From Chrysomallon squamiferum (taxonomy: Eukaryota > Animalia > Mollusca): 64,000 nucleotides of DNA. A program made the translations under genes and the position numbers. The notes under the pieces were generated by a model. That model saw only the letters and a program-made list of their open reading frames with translations, was not told the origin of the DNA and made no database searches. The stretch covers positions 9,424,001 through 9,488,000 of the forward strand of contig CM022672.1 of assembly GCA_012295275.1 (NCBI GenBank), written 5' to 3'. Shown piece after piece: positions 42,201 to 55,865 of the stretch (positions are counted from its first letter, which is position 1; every line of letters starts with the position of its first letter).

Positions 42201-43739
42201 GTTTATATAAGGTTAGGTATTTTTTATTTTAAAAATAACGTTTTCTATTTCAGTTGATTTCATTAAAAGGCATACACCCACCACTGATAAAAAGAATAAT
42301 GAGGTTCTCTCTGCTTTATTTCTCATTTTATCTTGTTTTCTTCTCAACCCTGTTCATTCCAATTCATGAAAGCGACATACCGATTTACAAGCGTTAATGC
42401 TGGTGTTGATGTGGAGGGATAAATTAGCAGAAAAGATGAGAGAAAGGAAGAAACATCGAGAGAGAGAGAGTGAGTGAGAGAGAGAGAGAGAGAGGGGGGA
42501 AGATAAAATACAGAAGGATAAATAGACAGGCTTTCAGACATTTCGTATTTACTGTGTTTAATTCTATATTTTAGAAATCATTTTTATTTACTCAAAATGA
42601 CATTTCCACGCTTACTAAACACTATAATTTATTTATCTCATAAAAAACCCACGATGGCTTCGTTAATGTAAAAGCATCAAGTTAAACCAAAAAATGTAGA
42701 TGATTTGCAAACGAATCGATTTCATAACTACAGGCTACTAAAAGGAATGATTACATATATTTTAGTGATAATCATAGTTTCCTGAGGTCATTTTCAGCCT
42801 CTCTTTGACATTATAGAAACAAACAAAAAAAGAAAAAAAAAAAGGAAGAAGAAAAAGAAAAACGAAGAACCAAAAAGAAGAAGAGGAAGAAAAAGAAAAA
42901 GAAATCAGAAGGCATTACTCATCAACAAGATTTTTAGATTTGAACCCCAAACGTTGACTATGGATCGTTAATACAAATAGCCCTCTATTTCAGCATCTTA
43001 AGACTTCAGCTTCTAGCAAATTTATTAGCAGCCATCACCTGCATTACGATGAGTTATACAGTGTGTCCCGTACCTATATCAGCAGTATTAAATTTGAAGG
43101 GTTTAACTGGCAGATATCTGGCGCTGATTAATGGCTGAGCTTAAATTTATTATCCTCTCTAGTCTTTAGCATTGATTTACTGCATCTCGTGTAGTTGACA
43201 AGACTTTTATTAAGTAATTTAAAAAATATATATTTTGCAAGAGTCTAAGAATAAATATTTTTGAATATTGTTAAATGACCCAAATGCAAGGATGTCAATT
43301 TGAGATTAATGCCAATATCGGATTCATGGAAAGTTGCAGTGGAAATCTCCCAAGATTTAAAATGAATTGTTCATGCATTCTTCTGGTTATATGTATAATA
43401 GGAACAGCTTGAATAAATGTAACTGGAATATAATAGTAATAATGTATCAACACTAGTGATAGTCGTAGTAGTAACTGATGTAATAGTACTAGAGGTACCA
43501 ATGATAGTTTTAATGGTAATATAAGTAGTAATGGTAGTGCTAGCTGTAATATAATTAGTAATAGTAGTAGTAGTAGTAGTAATGGTATTAATAGCAGGAT
43601 GGCTAGAAGCAGAAGCAATAGTAGTGGTACTAATTGGAATTACTATACAATTCAATTTAAAGTTTATTTACTCATTCATTCATTTATTCATTCATTCATA
43701 TGTCTTAATCGTCAATATAATCGTCATCATCCCAGTCGT

Positions 43740-44070
43740 CAGTGTCAGAAATGTGCATTCAATACAAATCTGATAAACGTAACAGTGGCAGCTGTCACCG
43801 TACTGAGACTGCGTTTGATTGGGCATCAATCACAGTGGCCAGAACGGAGAATAAGTTCCGTTATTTTCAGCACCACACTTACGATAACGATCAGTTTAAT
43901 ATTGACTGGCTGGAGGGCAAGCTCCGCGGCCGAGTCTTTATGGCCAACAATAGGCCACGAAATTGGTGATCAGCCATTACTTGTGGAGCCATGTCGTCAG
44001 AGAGACGGATATCACGTTTATGACGGGAATATAGAACATGTATGTGGGTGAAAACGTCAACGATGTGTGT
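43740..44070. promoter_or_regulatory. Enhancer-like island with Meis, Pbx-Hox, posterior Hox/Cdx and Sox motifs
   Basis: CTGTCA 43792, ATCAATCA (TGATTGAT) 43825, TTTATGGCC 43937, AACAAT 43946. Confidence 0.3.
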
Positions 44071-44299
44071 TAATGGCTTACTGATAATAATTCAGGTCAG
44101 AATTAGTTTATTTTCTTCTTCAATATTATAACACGGTGAAGTGTCGATGGCCATCTGGATTTCGTCAGCCGAATTTTGCAGTGTGTGATGATAACCTATT
44201 TTTGTTTTCTCTGTCTGTTTTATTACGTTCCGTAGAATGTATGAAATAAACCGATTTAATAGATAGTTGGGGTCTAGCGTGCACACACTGAATTTAACA

Positions 44300-45105
44300 G
44301 ATAGTTCTTGCCTAACGATCACATAGTGATTTTTAAAGACAGTATTGTCTAACGATCAAGTAGTAAATTCTATAGACAGTTCTTATATAATGATCACATA
44401 GTGATTTTTAGAGGTAGTTTTTATCTAACGATCAAGTAGTGATTTTTACAAATAGTACTTATATAACGATCACATAGTAATTTTTAGATAGTTCTTATCT
44501 AACGATCACATAGTGATTTTTACAGACGGCTCTTATATAATAATAATAGGAGTGATTTTTAGAGATAGTTTTATCTAACGATCTAGTAATGATTTTTACA
44601 GGTAGTTATTAACGATCATATAGTGATTTTTACAGATAACAACCACAAAAGGATATGCATAAATATTTTTGCCTAACGATTACTGACTGATCCTTTGCTG
44701 ATACTTTTGTCCTGTCAGTAATAAGCTGATATTTACAGATAATTCGATTCACTGATCTCAGAGAGATTTTCTCAGATACTTACGTTGTGCCGATCTTACA
44801 GTGATTTTCCACGTATCCGTGTTGCCTAACGATCGCCGAGTGAATATTACTGAAAGTTTTAATTTAACGATCACAGAATAATTTGTATGGGCATTTCACG
44901 CCTAACGATCATCGACTGTTATTTTAGTAAACAGTTCTAGCTTAACGTTCGTAAGTGGCGGTTTTTCTAGATAATTCAGTCTAGCGATCATAAAGTGTTT
45001 TTCACAGTTACATCAGACGAAACAATTACAGAGTGATTTTTTTTACGGATGCTCTCAAGTTCTGACCTTGCGACCCGAAAGCGATTTTTCACAGATAGTT
45101 CGGTG
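44300..45105. repeat. 38-bp minisatellite TAACGATCACATAGTGATTTTTACAGATAGTTCTTATC with 3' decay
   Basis: TAA(C/T)GATC at 44313, 44350, 44388, 44426, 44464, 44500, 44576, 44610; progressively decayed units continue to ~45100. Confidence 0.93.
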
Positions 45106-46678
45106 TAATGGCAATACAGTGTACTGTCTGTGGCATTTGCCGTTCTGAGGTCAGCACCACCTCTCTTGTACGTATGACCTCTCTCAGTTCATTCCACCCA
45201 CACTCAGAAGCCAAACAAGCACTCACACTGACACAGTCAAGGTTAATTTGAAAATCCCTCGATAATTCGGTCTACGTCGGTTATGATGTCGGAGATTAGA
45301 CGCGATTCCCAGTGCTTTTGTAGACTGTTTCGCTTCGACATATGTATTACCAGAGTCTTTTTACGTCTGCTTTATCATGTCCAGGGCAGTTTAGTAGCTT
45401 ACCCCTCCCTAATTATCCCTGATTATTTGTTAATAACAGTTATGACAATGTCGATGTGATGATGATAGTAATTAATAATACAAAATTATTATAATCATCA
45501 CCGTCATCTTTATTCTCATCGTCATAGTCATCATCATCATCTTCGTTATTATTATTATTATTATTATTATTATTTCTGCTGGAAGTTAGCAGTCTCATTA
45601 CTGAGCTCATTGATTCGCAAGTAGATTGTATTGGGAAGACGCAGACAGAAATTACTCTATTTTTCAGACCGTGATCTTTGAATTAGGTTTTGTGACTTTT
45701 AAAGTTATATACGTTTGACCGCATTTAAATTCACATAGAAACGGTTATCATTCCAGTATTTGTCGCGAATAGTTGTAAGTAAATATATATATTTTTTTGT
45801 TTTTTTACTAAAGTTTAAACAAAAGGAACACATTTTAATAACAACAGCAATAAAAGATCCATAATATCACTGAAACATCATTATTATTATTATTATTATT
45901 ATTATTACTGTTGTTATTGTTGTTGTTGTTGTTGCTACTGCTGCTGCTGCTGTTTTTCATAAAATCATTGAAACATTATTATTAATATTATTATTATTAT
46001 TATTATTGTTATTATTTATCATCATCATCATGATTGTTATTATTATCACTTTCTTTTTTGACTTTTTTACAGGGTTTAATATCTGAATTTTCTGTGTTTA
46101 CTTCTTTTGGGAGAGGTTAAGAGAGTGGGTGGTTGTTTCTTTGTGTGCTTCTTTCGTCGTTTGTTTTTCTTCCATTTAGACATTACGAAAGCAGTATTGT
46201 ATTGGCCCACGTGTAAAAACAAAAAGAACAAAAAAAAAAAAAAAAAAATCATTATATATTTCTTCAAACTCTAAACCATTTCCTCTGCAGTTTGTAAACA
46301 TTTATTATTTATCTTCGTTTTAATAATAATATTGGTTGCCTTTTCTTTCTTTATCAGATTATTATTATTATTATTTTTTCTTTTCTTTTAATTTAGAAAT
46401 AGCATTAACGCCATTTAATGTCACTGTGCCATGTTACAGGAAGGTCATTATTTTTTTCATTGCTAATGGAAGAGAAGAACTGTCTCAATAATCTGATGAT
46501 TTCTCTTATTTAATAACGTCTCCGACAGTTGTCGCCTGACTGCAAATAACTGCAGCTGTTCAGAAATAAAACTGCTATCAAATATTTACGACAAGGTGAA
46601 AAAAAAAAAAAATTTTACAACGAAAAACATGCATTAAGTCACTGGCAGTATAAATTAAATTAAATAAAACAGTATTAT

Positions 46679-46731
<53 letters not shown>

Positions 46732-46753
46732 AATAATAATAATAATAATAATA
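46679..46753. repeat. (GAT)n(AAT)n microsatellite
   Basis: Direct reading. Confidence 0.96.
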
Positions 46754-47348
46754 AAGCCAGAAGAATAGTATTAAGAAAATAAGTAAAGTTTTCAGGCTGG
46801 GTATAAAAACAAATATTTTCTTAAAGACGCATATTTGTTCAAAGCACTTAAGAACTTATCTGAATAATGTTATGTATTATGTGCGTGTTATCTCAGTTTG
46901 CAATGCACCATCGCCATTTTTCTTCACTTATTTACAAACGTTATAATTGTAAGCATGGCAAATGATGTAAAAATATGTTCGAGATGGTGAATTTTGGCTT
47001 TTAAATCAATGATATAAATTAAACGAATTAATAAAATTATATGCATTAAAAAATATATAGATATATATCCAAAAAAACAATTTAAAAAAAAAATAAATAA
47101 ATAAAAGGATCAGAGTCCAAACTATAATTTTATTTATTTGGCCTAACTTTTTGTTTGAAAGCGGATTGCTTAACAAGTCTGTATTTGATTCTAATTCGTA
47201 CGAGTGTCAGTAATAGTCGATTTCCGCATCTTAGAAAAAAAAAATCTAACCAAGTTAATGTTTTATACATTACATATAATTTATTCTCCACCTTCTAAAT
47301 TTGTTTTGACTTTGGCATTACCGAATTCCTGTTGCTACTCCGCCACAG

Positions 47349-47512
47349 ACACAAAGGATATTAAAACGCGATGTATCAAACAAATCGAATTAAAACTGTT
47401 TGACAGAGGCATCAAATTTAAATGGCTTAAACCATTTGAATTAAAACTATTTAACACTGACATGGAATTCCGGGCAATCAGACCAATGTGGTTAACACTA
47501 ATAGGTTTTCTG
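47349..47512 (+). CDS. Candidate internal coding exon with three 17-aa (51-bp) repeats, product unknown
   Basis: AG-free zone 47255-47346, then ...ctccgccacag|; open frame TKDIKTRCIKQIELKLFDRGIKFKWLKPFELKLFNTDMEFRAIRPMWLTLIGFL; donor TG|GTATGA. Confidence 0.25.
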
Positions 47513-48805
47513 GTATGAGCGGTATTGCGTCAGTCTGACGTATTTAATTTACGTAAGTACAGTATAAAATTACTTAGCTTGATACCCAACAGAATCACTG
47601 TGCAGACCTGTTATGTTATTTTCTTTAATTAATATTTATGTAATGTATAATGTATATAGCTAAACGGGAAGATAATGTCTTAATGAAGTCTCATTTATTA
47701 AAAAATATGCACACGTTAGTGAGAACGTCTGCTACTGTTGCTGTTTCTACTGTCAATACTACAAGAACTACTACTGTGGCTGCTGATGCTTACTACTATT
47801 ACTATTACTGTTACTGATGCTGTTATTGCTGCTTTTACTCCTATTACCATTATTACTATTTCTACCATCACTATTACTACTACTAATGCTACTGCTGCTT
47901 TTACTACTATTACTACAATAATAAAAATAACAACAGTAATAATAATAATAACAAAATAACAATAACAACAACAACAACAACAATAATAATAATTTTGTTC
48001 TTCGCGTATTATTACCGACATGTGATAGTGCTGACAGATGCAGTCGACATTATTTCTTTTCTCATATGTCAGATTCGTGACATTTCCCACTAACGTTTCA
48101 AACTGCAGAGTCGACGCTGGCACGTTTTGTTTTCTCGTTGCAAACACTGAAATCTGGCCGATTCCATGCAGAACACGAAGTTTTGCTCTTGCTATTAATT
48201 CTGACTGATATTTCTGGCAAAGTCATAACTAAAAATGATAAAAGAGAAGACAAGAAGCTCTTCAAAGAACTGCTACGAACATCGCATGTTCTGTCAACAT
48301 GTTAGTAATTATTATTATTATTATTATTATTTTTTTTTTTTTTTTTATTGAACTGCCAGATATTAAAAGTCCGTGACAGTCAGTAACAACACACTTTTTA
48401 GTAATAAGACTTGAAGACGGGATCGTGAGGGGTGTCGATTTCGTCATTGTAAACTCTGTCAAGACAGTTGAGCTGAAAAGAAATGAAGAGGTTTGATGTT
48501 ATTAATCCGTCTTTCTGTCAGTGTCTTGTTTGTCTACATATCTTTTTCATTATATCTCTCCCTCTGTCCTTCGTTCTGTCTACTCTGCTCTCCCTTTTTC
48601 TGTTATTATCCTTCTTTTTCTGTCACTTTTATTCTCTTTGTCTCTCTCTCCGCTCTCTCGCTTTCTTTATTTCTCTCTTTCTCTACTCTCACTTTCTATC
48701 TCTCTATTCTTTCTATCACTCACTCTCTATCTCTTACTTCCTCTCTTTATTTATCTCTTTATCGCTCTCTTCCTCACTCTTTTTTTCTCTGTATATCTCC
48801 CTTTC

Positions 48806-48862
<57 letters not shown>

Positions 48863-49164
48863 GGGTGTGTTTGTCTGTGCAGGTGTTTATGTAAACACAC
48901 ACTATTTCGTAATGTACATGAACACCAGCTGTTACCGCTTGTGTAGGTTTATTTCTGCTTTTAGTATTGATTCTTTTTAGCGCTAATAATGTTATAGCGG
49001 TTATCATAATAATCATCATCCTCATCGATATCACTGTTACTATTATTGCTCCTATTGTAATTACAACTTCTACCACAACCAGTACATGCTACAATATAGT
49101 ACTAATACTACTAATTGCAGTGGTGATGGTAACAGTACTATTACTCTACTACTACAAGTACCTC

Positions 49165-49275
49165 TGCTGTTGTTGTTGATGATGATGATGCTGCTACTAC
49201 TCACTACCAATACTACCATTACTACTACTACTACTATTACTATTACTATTACTACTACTACTACTACTACTACCA

Positions 49276-49361
<86 letters not shown>
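49165..49361. repeat. Compound trinucleotide array (GTT)(GAT)(ACT)n(AAT)n
   Basis: Direct reading; source of the poly-T/poly-N pseudo-ORF. Confidence 0.95.
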
Positions 49362-49362
<1 letters not shown>

Positions 49363-50942
49363 CATCTATTAATTTGCTTGTACTAATCTTGCCCGATTTA
49401 AAAAAAAAAAAAAAAAATCAGTAAAGCAAGCGCTGCTACAGATTCTAATCTAACGACAGCTGCTATGACGATCTTGCCGGAAACCGAGACACGTAACAGA
49501 CACTAAAACAAAACTAAGTGATCGAGCTGTTTTACCAGCCACTGATAACATAATGTTTTAACTGATTTTTTCAGAGAAAAAAAAAAAAATGTTTCAGAAA
49601 CAGATCGGCTAAATTTAAACTAAAAACTATTTCATGTCACATAGATCTGTTATGTCCACTCGATTTTTTAAATTTGTTATTTTATTTTTTTAATTATTAT
49701 TATTTTTTTTTGGGGGGGGGTATTATCGTGATAATCAGTATCCCAGCCTTTAGAATTACTACTACTATTACTACTACTCCGTTACTAGTACCACTACTAC
49801 TACTTCTACTATGCCTACTGATGCTACTATTACTATTGCCACCACCACCACTGTTACTACTACTAGTACTGTTATTATTATTTTGATCTTTAATTGCTTT
49901 CTTGTTTCTGTGTTTATTCATCTGTTCATTCCTTCATTTATTTTTTCTTCACCATCGTAATCATTGTGACAGTTAGTATTGCTGTTTAATTTTGCGCACA
50001 AAAACTGCACGGACTGCTTTTGTGTTTCATCCGGGTGAATGCCTTCTGCTAATATTTATCTTGGGCATGACGAAATAAAGGGAAATAACTCAAAAATACG
50101 CTACATCTTTCGAAAATATACTTTTTCTTTATTTCAGCATAAATACTTTTCGATCAGGTTACATTTTGCCTAGAGTAGCAGATAAAACGTATATAACAAA
50201 ATTTGTACCCATTAAAACACTTTGTTCAGTTGCTGCTGCTTTTGTGCTTCGTTGTAAGCGGCCGGTGTCGGCAAAAAAGATAAAATACTACACTGCCATG
50301 TGCCTTTTCGATTTGATACCATTTTGTCAGTTTTATTGATGGGTTGTTCAATTTATTTTCTAAGGAAATTCAGCGTCCTAATTTCTAGGAGCAGGGATTA
50401 TATCATTCTTCGTATTTTTTTAGATCTTTTTGCAAATAGACGTCAATGGATCGTTTAGACCGAGAGCGAAACAAATGGTTGGTGTCATTTTAAAAGAAAT
50501 CCCAAACCAAATCAGAGTGGTTATGCAAATAAACGCACATCGCTGCATGGTATGGATGTAAATTAAATTAACTAAAGGGTAATAACTTTTCTCATTTTAC
50601 GACTCCTGCCCTCAGATATCCGTTAAAAATTCGCGTAGTTAACCTGAAAGTCATCTGGTACAAGACGGATCATAACAAGAAATATTACTGGCCACTTCTG
50701 AATCAGACAACGCAATATCGTAAACCGTTATTAAACTTACTTAACGAATGTGATCGATACTACACATTCGCCATTGCTAGCATGGACATTAAGAATTTTA
50801 TTTGTGTTTTCTTATTATTTTGTGATGTACATTGTTATTATATGCAGACAGTATGCCATCAGTGCTATAATAGCAGTGCTTCTTCAGAAACAAACGTCTG
50901 CTTCCAGGAACTTAAATCGATTTATTTATTTATTCATTTAAT

Positions 50943-50992
50943 GTTATTATTATCATCATCGTTATTATTATTATTACTATTATTATTATTAC

Positions 50993-51056
<64 letters not shown>

Positions 51057-51060
51057 TTAT
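50943..51060. repeat. (TTA)n microsatellite
   Basis: Direct reading. Confidence 0.96.
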
Positions 51061-53639
51061 TATTTTCATCGATCAATATGTATGAGTGTAAAAGAAGTTA
51101 TTTTTTTCCTAATACTTAAGTTTAGATAAGGCTTAACATTTGGATAACTCCTAAATTAAAGCTTTCTATCTCTGAAACCTGCATGCACCAACTGGTGAAC
51201 CAGATAAGCATCTTTCCAACAGATAAATCTTAGATATAGTCAAAGTATTCCTTTAAAGTTGTTGGGTCTGGACAGGTTTAAAGTGCTGTTTTCAGTAAAC
51301 ACTTACGAACTACTTAAGCTTAGACGTACAATCCCAGAAGCCGAGGAAATCTGTTGAAGATAATTGCCAGGTCGGTTCATTAGTAGAACGGTCAAAGATA
51401 AAAAGAGAAAAAAGTATTCTTGATAAATTGTTCTCAAAATTAGCCAGACTGCAAAGCCCAAGTACTGAGTGTGTTATTCAAAATGTCAGAAAGTATTTTT
51501 GTATTATAACTATCTAGTTATATTAATACTGAATATACGTAAACTAGAAATTGACAAAACAGAGAAAATGGAAATTAAGAACCAAAAAAAGGAGAAATAA
51601 GTAGGTAGATGCATAGCAATCAGAGAGATAGTGGATTGGCAAACAGAAAGGCATAGAGGCAAATACATGGAGAAAGCCAGACAGAAAGAAATATATGGAT
51701 GGATGGATGGATGGAAATGTTGGTAGGTCGACAAATAAGTAGGTAGGTAGGTAGATAGACATACAGACAAACAGAAATATTAATTTCTTTGCGTTAACGT
51801 ACATTATAATAAGAAAATTAAATGTAAAAATCCTGTTTTGAACAATTAAATCGACTGTTTCTCTTTGACATTTCGTTTCACTCAATTATCGTGTAAACGC
51901 AGAAAAACAGTAATGCTTCGGGTATTATAAATGACTAGAAATTGATCCAGCGCATACAAAAGTTCATAAGTGTAATGTGTAGGCGAGACGTGGAAATAGA
52001 TGTTAAATTAAGTACGAGATTTAAACATGTTGAGAAGAATAACCCATTAACATGAAGCTTAAAAATCTATTTCACAGTCTAAAGATTTAGCAGGTTAAAT
52101 AGACTGTATTATGTATTAATGAATATCTGCTTTTAAGTGGGATTTTATGGTTTTATTTAACTTGTACTGATCTATGTTTGTGTTTGTACGTGATATTTTT
52201 ATATCAGTGTATATATATGTATAATTGTGTGTCTACGTGGTTCTGTCTGAATTTAATTTAAGAGAAAGTGGAAGATTGAGAGAAATAGATAAAAAAAAAC
52301 CAAAAAAAACAAAAAAAAAACACCCAACTAATGCAGGTACAGAGATATATTATCTAGAAAAAAAGAAAATTTCTACGGACAAAATTGGAAGCAGAAATGG
52401 AGACAAACAAGAAAAAAGAAGAAGAAAATAACATGGATGAAGATATTAAGAGATGTGTTCGACAAAATCAAAGAGGCGGACAACCGTAAGACAACACGGC
52501 ACTAAATCACGAACAGACGAACAAACTCGCAGACAGTCGGACGTAGGAGACTGCATCATGAAACATCATCTTTCGTTTTACGTATTTTCATTTATCAGTT
52601 CATGCATGAATCTGTCGGAACATCGATAACGTCTTTTAATATTTTATTACTGTTAAAAGCTTTAGCGCTTTCTTAATACGTAGAGTCGTTTTAATTACGT
52701 AGATGGAAATAACGTATTAAAGTGTTCTATTTTTTTTTTTTTTTTTTTGTATCTAAGACTGTAGTCACCGATGCTCGCTTGTTCAAACCAATTCAGTGAC
52801 AGCGTTTGCTTTGATACACACGAGCACTTAGACCCGACTAGTCGATGCATTATTGACGCTTGGACTTTCTCCAAATAGAGCAGCGGAGTGCATTCAAGTC
52901 GCGAATTAGAGGTGTGGGTTTATGACTTTGCCTCAGGGAATACACGTGTCATGCCTAGAAATTGGAGTTGCTGTAATGATTGTACCATTTAATCGAATAC
53001 ATTTGTTACGTTTTTACAATCTTATAATTTATATGTGTGTGGGAGGGGGACACCGTTATTAATCTTTAAAGTGTACCTGAAAGTATAATCTAAATATGTT
53101 AACGTATTTCAAGGGATACTGGAGAGCAGACTTTATAAATAATAAAGTTTGAAACAATAATTATTCATATGTCATCCCCTTTCTCTTGATATGTTGTATT
53201 TATCTAATATTTTTTATTTTTTATTTTTATATATTTATTTATTTATTTATTTTTATTTTATTATTATTATTTTTTTTTTTTTTTTTTTTTTTTTTATTTA
53301 ATTTTATTTTTTATTATTATTATGTTGTGTTTTTTTTTAAATTTAATTATACTGCAGAGATACGTTATCTCTTTCTCTCGAGTAGCTAAATACCACAGTA
53401 TTGATAAATATATAACAGATAACAGTTTTCTAAAGCATAACTGCAAACTTTTGAAATTATTTCACAATATTTATGTGTAGATATTTCACTTTAACTCATA
53501 GATTCTACAGCTGTATCTGTCAAATCAGATCATTTATATGTTTATACCCTGGGGTTACGATAACAGTTAGTTCCTTCGAAAAATCTAGTTATTTGGAATC
53601 TCAAAAAGCCTTTCAGACCGAATGAATAAGCAAGCGAGA

Positions 53640-53740
53640 ATCCATTGTTAACTGTTAAAACGGCCGATGCGTCATCTCTATGGCAACCTACATGTTCACA
53701 AGGTCATTACAGGATTCGAAGACAATTTCGGAGCAAAGAG
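53640..53740 (+). promoter_or_regulatory. RFX X-box and NR5A/ERR-like site upstream of donor AG|GTGAGT; candidate first exon
   Basis: ATCTCTATGGCAAC 53674-53687 fits RYYNYYATRRNRAC; CAAGGTCA 53699-53706; donor at 53740/53741. Confidence 0.35.
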
Positions 53741-54430
53741 GTGAGTGCAGTTAGGCCTGAATTATTTCTTTAAATTCTTTTCTGCGCTATGTTTCTAAAG
53801 CAGTATTCAAGTTTTGCAATGCATTTTCCCGTGTTTTTTTTTTTTTTTTTCTTCAAGAGTGCATGTATTTGTAACTCTGCATTCGAGGAAAGATTACGCG
53901 ATGAAAAAAAAAATCTTGAGCAGAAATGATGGAGATGTGTTTGCCTCATTACTCGGTAACATATTCCTCATCGATTTTTTACGGCAATCGCCATTTTCAG
54001 AAGATATATTTCAGATATCCCCGAGTCCAAATGTTACCACGTGCTAAGGCTGACAGAGACCTTGGACAAATGACAGAGTACATGTTTAGCGAAATTACAC
54101 ACATCAGAACAAATATTTAATTATTTATATTTCATGTCAGGTAGTCTCTCTCTTTGTCAGTCTATCTCTCTGCCTATGTCTATTTATTTGTCAGTCTATT
54201 TCTCTGCCTATGTCTATTTATTTGTCTGTCTGTCTACATGTCTGTCTATTTATCTGTCTGTACAAATACACACACACACACACACACACACGCACATATA
54301 CACATACACATACACATATATATATATATATACCAATCTATCTGGCCGTCCAAACATCTATGTCTGTAAATTTTATTTATCTTTTCATCTGTCTGCCTGT
54401 CATGGAAAACAACATATTTTTCGTTTCTTT

Positions 54431-54467
<37 letters not shown>

Positions 54468-55789
54468 TTTTATGTTGCAATTTTGTTCTTATTTAGATGT
54501 TTATGCAGTACCACTTACTGGAAAGCAAAAACGTCTAGGTCATTACAACAATAGAAATAATTGTTTAAGTTATAAATGTTTTTTCTTAAATCTGTTTCCA
54601 ACATTACAATAATATATCATTATGGAAAAGCATCTCTTGACCTTTTTTGATAATACATTCGAATTGAATATACGCTAATAAATTTAAAAATCTGGAGTTA
54701 CCAACGGATTCATCGTCTTATGCATTCGCTGAAGTTTCCTGTCTTAATATTAGGTCATTCTAGACAAAATGTCGATATTTAATAATTCAGAGTAACGAAG
54801 GAAACCGTATCCATCATGACTGTTATAATAATGTACGTCTAAGAACTCTCCAGCTAGCTCTAACGAAATGCCGCTATTGACTTCTTGATATTTAATCTTT
54901 CTAAATAACAGAGTCTAACTCAATTTGCAAAATTTCGGACATTTTCAGAAGAAAATTATATTTTATTGATTACTGTTATTATCTTTGACTTTAATAAATG
55001 TCCGAATGTTGTTGTTTTTTTACTCTTTGTTCTATTATTATTATTATTATTACTATTATTTTATTTATTTTTTTGTACCTTGCTTTTCGTTCGCAGTTTT
55101 ATGAACATTTAATTTAGAAATGGATGTGTTGTTAAGTAAAACATTATTGATTATAGATTTAAGAGAAAAAATGTCTTGTCAATTTGTTTTCCATAGAACT
55201 ACAGCCGGATACATTATCGTAAGCAAACAATAAAGTCATTCTTTGACAGGCTGCAATCTTAGGCATGGCCTTGTTTATCACAACAAACAGTTTCTACGTT
55301 TCTGTGCTTAAGGAAATTTTGTTTCAAAATAAATAAGTAATATATCTGTCTTGTATGTCTATCAGCCTGTCTGACTCTAATGTAATCTGTCTATTTATAT
55401 GCGTGAGTGTGTGTGTGTGTGCATATGTCTCTCTATCTACATATCTGTCTGTCTGTCTGTCAGTGTTTCTGTCAATCAGTTTACACATCAGTTATCAACC
55501 AGATGTTTTTCCTTCTGTCTTTCTCTCTCTCTCGCTCTACTATTTTCAAGATTCTTTGAGCCATATTAATATACGTTTATTTGTTTGTGAGCCTTATTGT
55601 ATACATGTCAGTATGTGCGTGTGTGTGTACGTAATTCTTGGATTATCTAGTCGTTGCACCATAAAATAGATCTTTTTGTACTGATAATAGCTAAATGTAC
55701 CGATATCAAAAAATGTTGTTGTTATTTTGTTGGGTTTTATCATCATCATTTTAATCATTATCATATCATCACAATTATCAATACACTCG

Positions 55790-55865
<76 letters not shown>

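Noticed and set aside
44300-45105. CRISPR-like periodic array
   Set aside because: Whole units are homologous, there are no unique spacers or cas genes, and the context is eukaryotic.
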